DNA of 64,000 nt from a virus. How positions within the stretch are numbered: position 1 is the first letter of the stretch; the number at the start of each line of letters is the position of its first letter. Shown here one piece after another: positions 1 to 10,154 of this stretch. The notes under the pieces are model-generated. The model saw only the letters and a program-made list of their open reading frames with translations. It did not search any database and was not told the DNA's origin. A program made the position numbers and the translations under genes. The DNA lies in the IMG/VR virus record IMGVR_UViG_2931359275_000001; one strand, written 5' to 3'.

Positions 1-164
1 AATGCTTCGTGGTCTTTTTTGCCTTCGAGCTGGTCAAAAAATTCTTTCACTTGCGGGCGCGGCAGATGCTTGAATTCAATAGTGACTTCGACTTGCTTGT
101 CTTGCCCCGGAATCGAGAGCGCGATTTTGGCTTTGAAAGTCGGTTTTGGCTGCAATTTAAACAT
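1..164 (-). CDS. Tail assembly chaperone (Phage_TAC_4-like), 3' end runs off window
   Basis: Not in ORF track; translated by hand as MFKLQPKPTFKAKIALSIPGQDKQVEVTIEFKHL, AAGGA RBS, directly after tail tube gene. Confidence 0.7.
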   Translation of the reverse strand, partial: MFKLQPKPTFKAKIALSIPGQDKQVEVTIEFKHLPRPQVKEFFDQLEGKKDHEA

Positions 165-206
165 CGGGAATTCCTTAAAATGAAAAAGACTCGCGAACGA
201 GTCTGA

Positions 207-232
207 TTAAAAACCCGCCGCAATGGGCGGGT
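207..232 (-). terminator. Intrinsic terminator-like hairpin after tail tube gene
   Basis: ACCCGCC/GGCGGGT stem with A tract on the left (U tract on minus strand). Confidence 0.5.
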
Positions 233-253
233 CTGGGCTTTAATGTGGCGTGA

Positions 254-898
254 TTACAAGGTGTAGCGTGGTGCGGAGGCTTGCGTAATGCTCACCGTAG
301 CGGTGTGGACTTCATTACCACCGCCTTCGGGCGTACCCGAAAAACCGATGTAACCGAAGAACAGCATTTCAAGGCCGTTAGGGTATTGAATTTTCATTGC
401 CAACTTTTGGCGGGTGTCCGACGCTTGGCGCAAGCGCACTTGCACCGCATCCATTGGGTCCCACAAGACTTTCACTTGGGTTTCGATGCCGTCTGTTTCA
501 GTCGGAATTTTGCGTTTGGTGGTTTCAGACAGCACCTTGTATTCGGCAAACTGCTGACCACCACCGCTGAAACTAAATTCGCTGGCAGTGGTTAATTCAG
601 TGCCCAGTGTGACGACTTGCATCTGGCCTGAAATCAGCGCGGAATAGCCAGTGGTGTCTTGGTCTTTGAGTTCAAACGTCTTAGCTGGGCCGTTGACGTT
701 GGCTGCTTTAACTAGGCCATCGTTCAACTGGCTTGGGCCAACCATGTTTAAAAACGCAACGTAATCACCATTGGCTGGTGCGGTGGTTTGTGCTGTAGCC
801 ACTGGCGGCTTAGCCAGTGTTAAGCCGGTGACGTTTTGTGCGGCGCCGATGGCGGATTGAATAAAGATTTTCGATCCGGCAGGAACATAAATAGCCAT
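254..898 (-). CDS. Major tail tube protein
   Basis: 214 aa, position in siphovirus tail order, resembles the lambda-like Phage_tail_3 family. Confidence 0.75.
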   Translation of the reverse strand: MAIYVPAGSKIFIQSAIGAAQNVTGLTLAKPPVATAQTTAPANGDYVAFLNMVGPSQLNDGLVKAANVNGPAKTFELKDQDTTGYSALISGQMQVVTLGTELTTASEFSFSGGGQQFAEYKVLSETTKRKIPTETDGIETQVKVLWDPMDAVQVRLRQASDTRQKLAMKIQYPNGLEMLFFGYIGFSGTPEGGGNEVHTATVSITQASAPRYTL

Positions 899-941
899 GT
901 GAAGCTCCTAAAAATGGTGATTTAAAAATAAGGTAAAACAA

Positions 942-1358
942 TTAAATACGGCGACCGCGTTCGGTCAGATACGTCGCCTGCCAGACCACGCGTTTGATTG
1001 CGTAGTTGGCGTCTGACATTTGCGAATGCTCCCAACGATCACCTAGCCATTGCCAGCGCACGGCATCGCCCAACTGCGGCGAGTCACTAATGACAGCAAA
1101 CAAAGCACTGTCCATCAGCTCAATCATTGCGACCGGATCGCTACCGCGCGCAATCAGTGCGATGGAGAACGGCTGCTCGACTGCGTGTTTGCTCATCGGG
1201 TAGCCGTTAACGGGCTGGGCATCGAGTGGCGAAATCACCACCGCGCGCGTGACTGAATTGGCAAAAGCGGCTTCTTCAGTCGTGACCACCGGCACACCAG
1301 GGAGCGTGGTGATGGTCAACCCCGCGAGCGCGTCGCGAATCCGTTGGAGGGCGGTCAT
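942..1358 (-). CDS. Putative tail terminator/completion protein
   Basis: 138 aa, synteny just upstream of tail tube. Confidence 0.55.
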   Translation of the reverse strand: MTALQRIRDALAGLTITTLPGVPVVTTEEAAFANSVTRAVVISPLDAQPVNGYPMSKHAVEQPFSIALIARGSDPVAMIELMDSALFAVISDSPQLGDAVRWQWLGDRWEHSQMSDANYAIKRVVWQATYLTERGRRI

Positions 1359-1648
1359 GGGTTTACCTTTTGGATTTGCGCTTTGATGAATGCGCCGTTG
1401 TCCATCGGGGCGCGATGAATCCGCCAGCGCTCGCCACGAAATGTCAGCTGAACATCGACATCAAGTAGCAATGCCGATTTGGCAAATTCAAGCGTGAGTG
1501 ATTCGGCCGACATAAATTCAAAAGTCGGCACATCGTTTTCACTCACCCCCACATCCACGGTCACATCACCACCTTGCGCATGGATCACCGCCGATTCCAG
1601 CAAGCCATGCCGCGCAAATGTCGCCATAAAGCGTGCTGGATCAAACAT
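1355..1648 (-). CDS. Putative head-tail joining (head closure) protein
   Basis: 97 aa beta-rich, synteny, overlapping stop/start. Confidence 0.55.
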   Translation of the reverse strand: MFDPARFMATFARHGLLESAVIHAQGGDVTVDVGVSENDVPTFEFMSAESLTLEFAKSALLLDVDVQLTFRGERWRIHRAPMDNGAFIKAQIQKVNP

Positions 1649-1980
1649 CAGCGGATCGATGCGTCAAGTACGACACGGGCAGTTAAATCACCATTGGCCT
1701 TGGCGGCGGTGAATACGCCGATCAGGGCATTGGATGCCACCGTAGTGGTCACGCGGCGAGCAGCGTTATCCCAATACGCTTTTGCACCAACAGTAGCGAC
1801 ATCGGTATTCACTGCGGTTAAGTCGTAAACGCCATAACGGCGAATTTCGACGGGGGCATTAATCGCTGCGGCATTTGTAGCGATACCAAATAAGCTACCG
1901 AGTAAAACACCATCGCCAGAAGCCACGGCATACGGCGCCAATACGGAAACGACTTCGCCCTGCTGAACATAGTTTTTCAT
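1648..1980 (-). CDS. DUF2190 family capsid-associated protein
   Basis: MKNYVQQG...GDGVLLGSLFGIA N-terminus typical of DUF2190, directly after capsid gene. Confidence 0.85.
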   Translation of the reverse strand: MKNYVQQGEVVSVLAPYAVASGDGVLLGSLFGIATNAAAINAPVEIRRYGVYDLTAVNTDVATVGAKAYWDNAARRVTTTVASNALIGVFTAAKANGDLTARVVLDASIR

Positions 1981-2063
1981 GTTGTTTTCCTAAAATTAAA
2001 AATGGCCCACCGCAGTGAGCCAATAAACCTGCGTGAGGTCTTATGACCCCACATCCAAAAAAC

Positions 2064-4037
2064 TTAAGCGCCTGGATTGCGATACAGACCACGGAAGTCA
2101 ATCGCTTTGGTGGCGAAGTCTTCACGCGCCATCACTTCAACGCCTTCAAAATCGTTGCCCGAGCTGAACGCATCGCGGGTGAAGATTTGCAAACCTTCAG
2201 CGCCTTCGAGGTAAGCGTATTCAACGGTATCGACTAAGCCAGGATTCGCTGCCAAGTACCACGACACTGCCGATGTTGCATCGAGGCGCGGTTCGACAAT
2301 CAATTCCAGCGATTTAGCGAATGGATTTACGCCGCCTGAGGTATTGGCGGTGATTTGCGCCAAGAATTGCTCAGCTTCGGTTTCTTTACCCGCCGGCACA
2401 ATCAAGAACGAAGGCAGCAGGTTGAGCGGTTCTTTGCTCGTCGGGTCTTTTTGCAAGCGCATTGCCGCGCGGCCTGCTGCCAAAGCGGCCACCGAAATTG
2501 CCGAACCCGCACCCGCCAAATTACCGCGAGAGGCATGGAATAAGGCCACACCATCGGCCATCACAGGATTACCTGTCAGGATGCCGTACACCATTTGGCT
2601 TTCCATTTGCAGCGCGCCATTGGCGAACGCTAAAGGAATACGGCCAAACACATCTAAGTCATCATTGATAATAACTTGACGGGTAATGCCGATTTTCTTA
2701 GCGTAGCTAGCGAGCTGGATTTGTTCGCCTGCATCATTTAAGAAGCCCTGTTTGATTTCACCATGTTCACCAACACGCTCTAATTGCGCTGCTGATGAAA
2801 TTGTGACGCGAGTGGATGGGCGGAAATCGGTCAGATTCCCTTTACGCGCCCAACGCTCGAATGATTTTGGCGCTGCCTCATAGGCACCACGCAAGACACG
2901 ACCGACCGCATTACCCAAGGCAATCGAGAAATCGGTGGTACCCATCAAGGAACGCTGTACGATTTCAGGACGGCTCAAGCCACGCACATCGATACCTTGT
3001 TTTTCCAAGCTGTAACGGGCCAATTCTGGCAAAGTAAAACCACGGAATTCACGCGCTGTATCGGGCAAGTCTTTTAGCTGGCCTGCACGGTGCATCACTG
3101 AAGCCGCAATCGCTTCACGGCGAATATCGGTTTCATCCGCCAAGGTTTCCACGCGCGGTGTGCGGATTGGATTGGCGTTGCTGCGTTCAGCCAATTTAGC
3201 GAGCACTTCTTTCGCTGCTGCGTCAGCAGAAACACCACGCTCAATCAGATCATCGGCGATGGCTTGATCTAGGCCGACGCTGCGCACTTGGGTATTGATT
3301 TCGGCAGCGCGAGCGCGTTCTTGTTTGACTAAGGCCTCATCAGCCGCACGTTTTTCGGCTGCTGCAGCGGCGATTTGTTCTGGAGTCATATTTTCCTCAC
3401 TACGTTGATTAAAATCGGCGGATGCCGTGTTTACTGCTACTGGGTCAGCGGTGATTTGCTGGCCTTCATCACGCCCGACATCCGCCGTGCGCTCGATGAT
3501 TTCGACGGGATATTCACGAATACCCTCGGTTTTTTCGCTGCGAGTACCGCAACCGGCATCCGCTGGAATCGGTACCAAGCTAATCTCGTGCGGCGTCCAG
3601 CCCACAGCGCGATAAATCCAATTGCCTGCATCGTCTTGCGTCATTTGCAAGCGATCTACTGAATAGCCGACCGAGACATTGCGAATCACGCCGGATTGCA
3701 CGTCTTTCCATAAGCCTTCGAGTTCGGGGCGTTCAGAGAAACGCACTTCGGCCAAACCTTCACCGTTTTCAATCCATGCACGTTCGACTACACCAACGAT
3801 GTCGCTTAAATCCCAGCTTGAATGCGTATTGAGCAAGGGCGCGCCGTTATTCAGTCGCGTTAAATCAATCGCCTCAGGTGTGACATCGAGCAATTCTTGG
3901 TAATAGCGATCATGGCACCAGTCATAGCGCCGCACACCCGCGCCCGTAGTCCAAACCAAGGTGATAGTGCGAGTTTCCGCATTCACACTCGATACTGGCG
4001 CTGCACGGGTGGCGAGCGGTAAGGTGGTTTTTGGCAT
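2064..4037 (-). CDS. Prohead protease / major capsid protein fusion
   Basis: N-terminal HK97-type protease motifs (PLLNTH, VSVGY, EISLVPIPAD) fused to a Mu gpT-like capsid domain; 657 aa. Confidence 0.9.
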   Translation of the reverse strand: MPKTTLPLATRAAPVSSVNAETRTITLVWTTGAGVRRYDWCHDRYYQELLDVTPEAIDLTRLNNGAPLLNTHSSWDLSDIVGVVERAWIENGEGLAEVRFSERPELEGLWKDVQSGVIRNVSVGYSVDRLQMTQDDAGNWIYRAVGWTPHEISLVPIPADAGCGTRSEKTEGIREYPVEIIERTADVGRDEGQQITADPVAVNTASADFNQRSEENMTPEQIAAAAAEKRAADEALVKQERARAAEINTQVRSVGLDQAIADDLIERGVSADAAAKEVLAKLAERSNANPIRTPRVETLADETDIRREAIAASVMHRAGQLKDLPDTAREFRGFTLPELARYSLEKQGIDVRGLSRPEIVQRSLMGTTDFSIALGNAVGRVLRGAYEAAPKSFERWARKGNLTDFRPSTRVTISSAAQLERVGEHGEIKQGFLNDAGEQIQLASYAKKIGITRQVIINDDLDVFGRIPLAFANGALQMESQMVYGILTGNPVMADGVALFHASRGNLAGAGSAISVAALAAGRAAMRLQKDPTSKEPLNLLPSFLIVPAGKETEAEQFLAQITANTSGGVNPFAKSLELIVEPRLDATSAVSWYLAANPGLVDTVEYAYLEGAEGLQIFTRDAFSSGNDFEGVEVMAREDFATKAIDFRGLYRNPGA

Positions 4038-4053
4038 TGCTTACCCTCAAAAA

Positions 4054-5523
4054 TTAAGCCCCGCTTTTGGCTGGGCTGTTTGGTTGGTCGGTGGCGGTTT
4101 CCGCCTCAGAAATCGTCACACCGGCATAACTCAGAGTGACACCGGCCTCTTGCGCTTTCTTGTGCGTTTTGACGACCTTTTCCCATTGAATATCTGGGTC
4201 AAGACCGCGCCCAATTTGCAAGTCGGTCAAATCCAAAACACCGGCAGCGGCTAACATCAGCTCGCCTTTCGCGTCTTTAATCGGGTCAACGTATTCCCAA
4301 CGCGGTACAAACCATTCCACCGTTGGATCGCCTTTTACCTTGCGCGAGAGCTTGGCCAGCTGCAGCCAGCGCCGTGCGATGGGGCGTAAAAACAGCGGAA
4401 TAAACGTCAGCCAGCGCCATTGCTCGGTCACAGCGCGGTAATCAATCAAACCGACGCGAGCCGAGCTGTAATTGACTTGGCTTAAATCGCCAGTGACTTG
4501 CTCATACGTTGAATCGGTGCCCGCAGAGATCGTGCGCAATTGGCGGCGGGGAAATTCACCGTCGCTACTGGCGGATGGGCTGCCAAAATCAACTGATTCA
4601 CCGGGCTTGAGGTATTCAATTTGCCCCGGTGCAACGCGAGATTTGCGAGGGCCGACACCTTTGCCATCATCGGTTTGCGCGCCAAGTGATCGGCCTTGAT
4701 CGTTTGAAGTGACAAAGGCGGTAAAGCAGGCCTCGATTTTCTTGCGCACCATTTCGGCGTCGTCGTAATCGTCTAAATCGCGCAATTTCATCAGTACGGG
4801 CGCCAAACGCGGCACGCCACGCACTTGCCCAGGGCGGGTTTTCTTAAACACCAATAACACATCAGCAGCATCGACCCGCGATGGGCTTAGCGGCTTAAAC
4901 AAGATCCCTGCTTCACCTGGGTGTCGATTAAACAACCAGTACGCGACCACTTTGCCGATGGCGTCAAATTCCACGCCGTTGATGATGTAGCCGCCGTTTT
5001 TGAGGTCTTCGGTTTTGCTGTGATCGAGAAAATCCGGCTCAAGCAGCTGAATTTGCATCGGCACCGGCAAACCATCTTCGGGGCGGCGGGTGCGCATTCG
5101 CACAATCACCTCGCCCGACTCTTCCATCGTGCGAGCGGCCAAGGCTTGCAGGCCGTTAAAATCAAGATCGTCTTCGGCGCTGGCGACTTCGCACCACTGA
5201 TTCCATAAAGCGGTGACGTCTGGGTCACTCCAACGCGCCGTGATACCGGTGCCGATGGCATGACCAACAAATTTATTAAAAATACTGACCGCATGCGGAT
5301 TATTGCGTGCCAGATCGCGGGAACGATCCCGCAACTTGGGCAGTGCTGCGCTGATTTCAGCGTTGGCGCTACTACCCGACGCTTGCCAACCCGAAGTGCG
5401 GCGGCCTTGTTTGGCCCCATCGTAAGCACGAACTTGATCGAGCGTTTGCCGCGCATAAGATCGCCGCAAACCGGATTCGGGCGCGAAGTAGCCAATTAAT
5501 TTATCAAGCCAAATATCAGCCAT
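4054..5523 (-). CDS. Portal protein, lambda family
   Basis: LRDRSRDLARNN, QVRGVP, NYSSAR motifs. Confidence 0.93.
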   Translation of the reverse strand: MADIWLDKLIGYFAPESGLRRSYARQTLDQVRAYDGAKQGRRTSGWQASGSSANAEISAALPKLRDRSRDLARNNPHAVSIFNKFVGHAIGTGITARWSDPDVTALWNQWCEVASAEDDLDFNGLQALAARTMEESGEVIVRMRTRRPEDGLPVPMQIQLLEPDFLDHSKTEDLKNGGYIINGVEFDAIGKVVAYWLFNRHPGEAGILFKPLSPSRVDAADVLLVFKKTRPGQVRGVPRLAPVLMKLRDLDDYDDAEMVRKKIEACFTAFVTSNDQGRSLGAQTDDGKGVGPRKSRVAPGQIEYLKPGESVDFGSPSASSDGEFPRRQLRTISAGTDSTYEQVTGDLSQVNYSSARVGLIDYRAVTEQWRWLTFIPLFLRPIARRWLQLAKLSRKVKGDPTVEWFVPRWEYVDPIKDAKGELMLAAAGVLDLTDLQIGRGLDPDIQWEKVVKTHKKAQEAGVTLSYAGVTISEAETATDQPNSPAKSGA

Positions 5524-5524
5524 A

Positions 5525-5695
5525 TCAGCGGCCTTTGCGGTTACGCCGCTTTTGTGCGCTGCGCTTGGCAGCTGCTACGCCGCTACTACGACCACCACCA
5601 TGAACGGGGCGAGAGTGAACCGTCAGCGGCATAAACCAAGGCGAGGCTTGCGAAGCCAGCATCACGCAAGCAGATAACATTCTTAAAAATGACAT
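5525..5695 (-). CDS. Small basic hypothetical protein (56 aa)
   Basis: Hand-translated MSFLRMLS...AAAKRSAQKRRNRKGR; fills the gap between gpW and portal exactly. Confidence 0.5.
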   Translation of the reverse strand: MSFLRMLSACVMLASQASPWFMPLTVHSRPVHGGGRSSGVAAAKRSAQKRRNRKGR

Positions 5696-5697
5696 CG

Positions 5698-5904
5698 TTA
5701 ATCCCTCGAAAATTCAGCCACCGCCGAGGTGGGTGTAATGGTGGATGGGCTTTGCTGTGCGATTTGCCCAAAGACAAAATTTCGCGCTTTCATAAGCTCG
5801 TCGATAGATCGGTACTTAATCCGTTTACCGTCGTACTCAACTTCAAGCTCGCCAGTGGCAATCGCGCCATCTAGCGCATCGAGCTGGGCTTGAGTTACTG
5901 CCAT
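5698..5904 (-). CDS. gpW-like head-tail joining protein
   Basis: QLDALDGAIATGELEVEYDGKRIKYRSIDELMKAR motif between terL and portal. Confidence 0.85.
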   Translation of the reverse strand: MAVTQAQLDALDGAIATGELEVEYDGKRIKYRSIDELMKARNFVFGQIAQQSPSTITPTSAVAEFSRD

Positions 5905-5908
5905 GGCT

Positions 5909-7909
5909 TTACTCCAACCAGTTATCCGCTCTCCCAGCTAGCCAATCATCATTCGATTTGCTGTCTGATTCGAGGGCATTAAAAAACCCGCCATCGGGCG
6001 GGTGCTGTGTTTCGGGTATTACTTCGGGCGGTTTATCCGTCAATGGCTGCGAGGCAATACTGCTTGGCTCCATGGCTGCGCCAAATAGGTCATCAACCCT
6101 TGGTTGCAGCATGTTTTCAAGCTGCTGCCAATCCCATTCACGGCAGGCATGAATGCGCAGATCAGGATGCAGCGCGGCGGCGTAGCCATACACCCATGTA
6201 TCGAGGGCTTCGTTGCGTTTGCCTTTGCGCTTGACCCACTTGTTTCGCTCGGGATCAAACACTTCAGCGGTGAGCATGTCGTAATATTCCAGCGTGAGAT
6301 CACTAGAAAACCGCACTTTATGCGCGGTGATTTCGGCTTCACCGTCTGAAATCAAACGACCCATCAGCGTTGACTTGGCTGTATCGGTACCGACTGGCCA
6401 GAGCTGAACGCCGTTTTTGGTCAGTTGGCCTTTGTGGTCCACGTCTTGCAGGGTGGGCTTGCCGAGCACCGCTTTATTCGGTGTGCTCACGCCTTTGACC
6501 GCAATCACGCGCTCATGCTGCCACCAGCGCACATAGTTATAAACGTCGTGCGTATGATGACCACCGGAGTCAATCGCTGTGGCCATGACCTTCATCGGGA
6601 TGCCAAATTGATTGAGTACCGCTTGCTGGCGATAGTGCGTGAGCTTTTCCCATGTTTCATCGAGCGATGGATTGCCCCAAATAACGTGGTAATCGAGCAC
6701 CCAGCACGTTTCGCCCCGACCCCAACCGAGCAGCTGGCACTCTAAGCGGTCGTCTTGGGTATCGACGCCCAGTGTGAGCAGTAAGCAGCCCAGTGGAATG
6801 GTGCGCAATTTGAACGGTACCGCACGCGCTTGCAGCGCATTGGCTTTGACTTGGCTGCTGCGGTCTTCCCAAGTCTCACCAAGGCAGGTATTGACGAAGC
6901 GTTTGAGCTCAATCGTGTTGCCTTGGGCGTTCAAAAAGCCTTGCGCCCGTTCTTTCCAAGATCGCCCTAAGCCCAGCGGCGAATACAGCGAATTAATGTG
7001 GTACCCGCGAACGCGGCGATCAGGGTATTTTGGTACCCAGCGGCCTGCAGCAAGCATTTGCGGTTTTTTGTGTTCTTCGATATGGCTGCCACATTCACGG
7101 CAGACATACCACGCGCTGCCAACCTCGCCTGCTTCGTTGAGTTCCCACTTTAAATTCCCCCAAACCAAAGTTTGGTATTCACCGCAGTGCGGGCAAGGCA
7201 CATGGTAGCGGCGTTGGTCGCTGCGTTCGTACTCGGTTTCGATGCGCGAGGCATCTTTGATCGTTGGCGTACTGATTAAGAAAATCTTGCGGCGTGGGAA
7301 GTTGTTGGTCCGCTCTTCTGCGAGGCCAACCGGATCGCCCTCACCGTCCAAATCGCCTGGATAAGCATCGACCTCATCCAAGCCCAAAAACTTAACGGGC
7401 ATCGAGCGCAAACTGGCGGCGGAATTGCCACCGGCCAAGCGCAAAATACCGCCAGGGAATTCTTTGAGTAAGGCTTTGTTCTTTTTGTCGCGACTTTGCT
7501 GCCCAAAGCGTTTAGACAAACTGGGCGAAGCGGCGAGCATATTGCTCAAGCGTTGCTGACTGAATAATTCGGATACTTCAATCGTTGGCTCAACGACCAA
7601 CATGGGGCCGCCATACTGCCCCATCACCGCGCCAATCCAGTTAATCAGGCATTCAGTACCGCCAACTTGGGTGGATTTGATAAACACCACGCGCTGCACA
7701 TCAGACCATGGCGAGAGGTTATCCATGATTTCGCGCAGGAAGGGTAAGCGATCAGTCCGCCATTGCCCTGGTTCACTGGTTTCGGATTCAGTCAAAACCC
7801 GCTGTTGATCTGCCCATTCGCTGACGGTAATCCGTGGCGGACGACGCAACCCCGCCGCCCAAGCGTCGCAGGTAATGCAGTAGGCGTCGGGGAGGTCGTT
7901 TGGGTTCAT
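5909..7909 (-). CDS. Terminase large subunit (GpA family)
   Basis: KSTQVGGTE Walker A, LDEVD Walker B, GVDTQDDR nuclease and NEALD motifs. Confidence 0.95.
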   Translation of the reverse strand: MNPNDLPDAYCITCDAWAAGLRRPPRITVSEWADQQRVLTESETSEPGQWRTDRLPFLREIMDNLSPWSDVQRVVFIKSTQVGGTECLINWIGAVMGQYGGPMLVVEPTIEVSELFSQQRLSNMLAASPSLSKRFGQQSRDKKNKALLKEFPGGILRLAGGNSAASLRSMPVKFLGLDEVDAYPGDLDGEGDPVGLAEERTNNFPRRKIFLISTPTIKDASRIETEYERSDQRRYHVPCPHCGEYQTLVWGNLKWELNEAGEVGSAWYVCRECGSHIEEHKKPQMLAAGRWVPKYPDRRVRGYHINSLYSPLGLGRSWKERAQGFLNAQGNTIELKRFVNTCLGETWEDRSSQVKANALQARAVPFKLRTIPLGCLLLTLGVDTQDDRLECQLLGWGRGETCWVLDYHVIWGNPSLDETWEKLTHYRQQAVLNQFGIPMKVMATAIDSGGHHTHDVYNYVRWWQHERVIAVKGVSTPNKAVLGKPTLQDVDHKGQLTKNGVQLWPVGTDTAKSTLMGRLISDGEAEITAHKVRFSSDLTLEYYDMLTAEVFDPERNKWVKRKGKRNEALDTWVYGYAAALHPDLRIHACREWDWQQLENMLQPRVDDLFGAAMEPSSIASQPLTDKPPEVIPETQHPPDGGFFNALESDSKSNDDWLAGRADNWLE

Positions 7910-7913
7910 AGGC

Positions 7914-8198
7914 TCATTCTAAAACTGCAAAAATATCGTCTTCACGCATCACCAAGAGTTCAACACCATCAACCTTGACCAATTGACCACTGTACCTGCC
8001 CATCAGGACCTTATCGCCAACCGCCACCGACATCGGCTGCAACTCGCCGTTTTCACGCTTGCCTTTACCGACTGAGATCACCACACCCAAATCTGGTTTC
8101 TCAATGGCGCTGGATGCTAAAACAATGCCAGAGGCGGTTTTTTCTTCTGCCTGAATGCGTTGAATCACAACACGGTCAGCTAGAGGGCGAATCGACAT
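7914..8198 (-). CDS. groES: Co-chaperonin GroES (Cpn10), phage encoded
   Basis: [22 protein letters not shown] mobile loop, [19 protein letters not shown]; AAGGA RBS before ATG 8198. Confidence 0.95.
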   Translation of the reverse strand: MSIRPLADRVVIQRIQAEEKTASGIVLASSAIEKPDLGVVISVGKGKRENGELQPMSVAVGDKVLMGRYSGQLVKVDGVELLVMREDDIFAVLE

Positions 8199-8226
8199 TT
8201 TTATATCCTTGATGTTGAGTTTAAGA

Positions 8227-8802
8227 TTATTGTTTATTGCTCGCGGCAAACATCGTTGGCAATTGCTCAGCGGTGCGCACTAATTCATCCAGAATTCGCC
8301 CGATTTCTTCATCAAGCAATTGATACACGACGGTAGGATCAGTCTCAGCCGCCAGCACTGGGGCGATTCGGTCAGGCATTCGCTCCAAGGCCGCACGCAT
8401 GGCGGCACCGTTATCGGTCATCGCTTGGCGAACCATGTTCACATCGACCAGATTACCCATGCGTTGCTGCTCGTCCATCTCAGCAATCTTGGCCATGTGC
8501 GTTTCACGCTTGGCGCGGGCAACTTGAAAATCATATTCAAGGGTAATTTCAGGCGGCACAATCGAATGGCAGGATTGATGCGTGGCCGCAGGCGGTGAAT
8601 AATCATCACCACGCTGCTCTGCCCAACGATCTTTCACACCTTGCTTGCTGGGGTCGGCGGTTTTATCAAGCAGAGCATCAGTTGCATCCACATCGACCTT
8701 ACCTCCCGACATCACCAAGCGATTCTCTTTGCCTAGCTTTCCCACATATTGACGCGACCATCCACGAAGCTTGGCGTAGTCCGATTTGCTGAGCAGCGCC
8801 AT
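8227..8802 (-). CDS. Terminase small subunit
   Basis: N-terminal HTH ([16 protein letters not shown]) plus coiled coil, first gene of packaging operon. Confidence 0.85.
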   Translation of the reverse strand: MALLSKSDYAKLRGWSRQYVGKLGKENRLVMSGGKVDVDATDALLDKTADPSKQGVKDRWAEQRGDDYSPPAATHQSCHSIVPPEITLEYDFQVARAKRETHMAKIAEMDEQQRMGNLVDVNMVRQAMTDNGAAMRAALERMPDRIAPVLAAETDPTVVYQLLDEEIGRILDELVRTAEQLPTMFAASNKQ

Positions 8803-8817
8803 AGCTTAAACCTATAT

Positions 8818-8938
8818 GTAAACCGAAAAACAAGACCAGTAAACCACTGTAAACCGTGTCAACTAACTTTGAAAACCTACGCCTAGCGGAACAGCGGGGT
8901 GCGAATTACCCTCGAGGCTTAAGGGCTGGACAGTACCT
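8818..8938 (-). promoter_or_regulatory. Putative cos/packaging site of prophage 1
   Basis: GTAAACC at 8818, 8839 and 8849, plus a block (minus strand GGTACT..CCAGCC..GGGTAATTCGCACCCCG..CTAG) just upstream of terS that recurs upstream of terS2. Confidence 0.55.
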
Positions 8939-8950
8939 TTTCCGTTTGCC

Positions 8951-9700
8951 TCACGACTCAAGCGCAGCGATGAAGTAACCCTTGAACTTAGCGTCAACCG
9001 TCTTTTGCACCTCGTTTCGCCAGTTTAACTTCGGTTTGTAGTTCGCCTTGCGCACGAAGATCAGCACTGGATCGAGATCCCATGTCGTTTGCTGTTGAGT
9101 CACACGATAGATACCAGGCTGTTTGATCTTGGCACGATCAAAACCCTGACGATTACCCACTGGCACCACCAAGAAACCGCCATGCTTTTTATAAGCACGA
9201 GCCTGCTTCTTATCGTCACCTTTAGTCGAGCCGCCATAACCACCATTTGAAAGCTGCCGCATCATCGCCACCAAGAATGTACGAGAAATATTCCCGTTTG
9301 CATCCATCGGCGCTTTCTCACCCGGCACAGTCACATACCCATTCGGCAACAACCCTGCCGCAGTCAATGCACGCTCATAAGCCTTAGCTTTACGCTGGCC
9401 ACCATCAATCTCTTTACCCACATAACTACTCTGCCGCTTAGGCATCGACAACTCAGCAGTGAAATCCCGCACCGTCGCAGACTTAACCCGCACTGCCGAC
9501 CCTGTGAACCGAGTCGGCCGATCAAACACGCCATCAATAACCGAAGCAAAATCTTTCTTATGTTGAGCAGCTGTCTTAGTCAGCGCAATCGCTGCACAGC
9601 GATTCACCTTCTTGACCTGCTTATCAATCACCGATTGAACCTGTGATCGATCAATCTCAACAGTAATCCGCACCACACCCCCCCCCCAATAAGGAGCCAT
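8951..9700 (-). CDS. Conserved phage protein, remotely gpZ (minor tail Z)-like; start may be GTG 9676
   Basis: Basic ~240 aa protein upstream of terS; counterpart at 50890-51600. Confidence 0.5.
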   Translation of the reverse strand: MAPYWGGGVVRITVEIDRSQVQSVIDKQVKKVNRCAAIALTKTAAQHKKDFASVIDGVFDRPTRFTGSAVRVKSATVRDFTAELSMPKRQSSYVGKEIDGGQRKAKAYERALTAAGLLPNGYVTVPGEKAPMDANGNISRTFLVAMMRQLSNGGYGGSTKGDDKKQARAYKKHGGFLVVPVGNRQGFDRAKIKQPGIYRVTQQQTTWDLDPVLIFVRKANYKPKLNWRNEVQKTVDAKFKGYFIAALES

Positions 9701-10118
9701 GGCTGCGCAATCAAGCGATTATCGGCACAAGGCCGGCCACGGCAAAACGACAGCAGACAACAGACAACAGCATCCGCACTGGTAAGCGCCCCGCGTGCGG
9801 TATCGCACAATCGGGAGGAAGAGGAAGCGAACAACTCGGTCAGGAGTCACACGGCGACGCTCACCACTGCAAACGCAAAAGCCCCACACTGATCACTCAA
9901 TGCAGGGCTCTCTTGAAACCATATATTTTTAGGCAAGTCGATTCTGTTAATTGGCCGCCACACCAAATGGTACGATGCGCCTCAGCGCCACTTTTGCCTC
10001 TCACCCAGCTAGCAACCCTACCGCGCACGGCCGTAGACACCGAAACTACCTATCAGCTATTTACCCATCATCAACCCCTAAAAGTTAACCCGCTAAAATT
10101 AGCCAATCGCGCAGCCGC

Positions 10119-10154
10119 AAAAAAGCCCCTGCATCTCTGCGAGGGGCTTTTTTT
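10119..10154 (-). terminator. tR'-like terminator downstream of Q-like gene
   Basis: AAAAAAGCCCCT/AGGGGCTTTTTT inverted repeat. Confidence 0.7.

Noticed and set aside
9-206. Plus-strand 65-aa ORF in the track
   Set aside because: Shadow of the minus-strand tail chaperone gene (1-164), which has an RBS and recognisable sequence
2064-4037. Protease-capsid fusion as a novelty
   Set aside because: Known architecture; relevant only as a possible GroES client
9700-10118. Possible tRNA or ncRNA in the late leader after Q
   Set aside because: No cloverleaf or T-loop signature found by eye; only terminator-like hairpins
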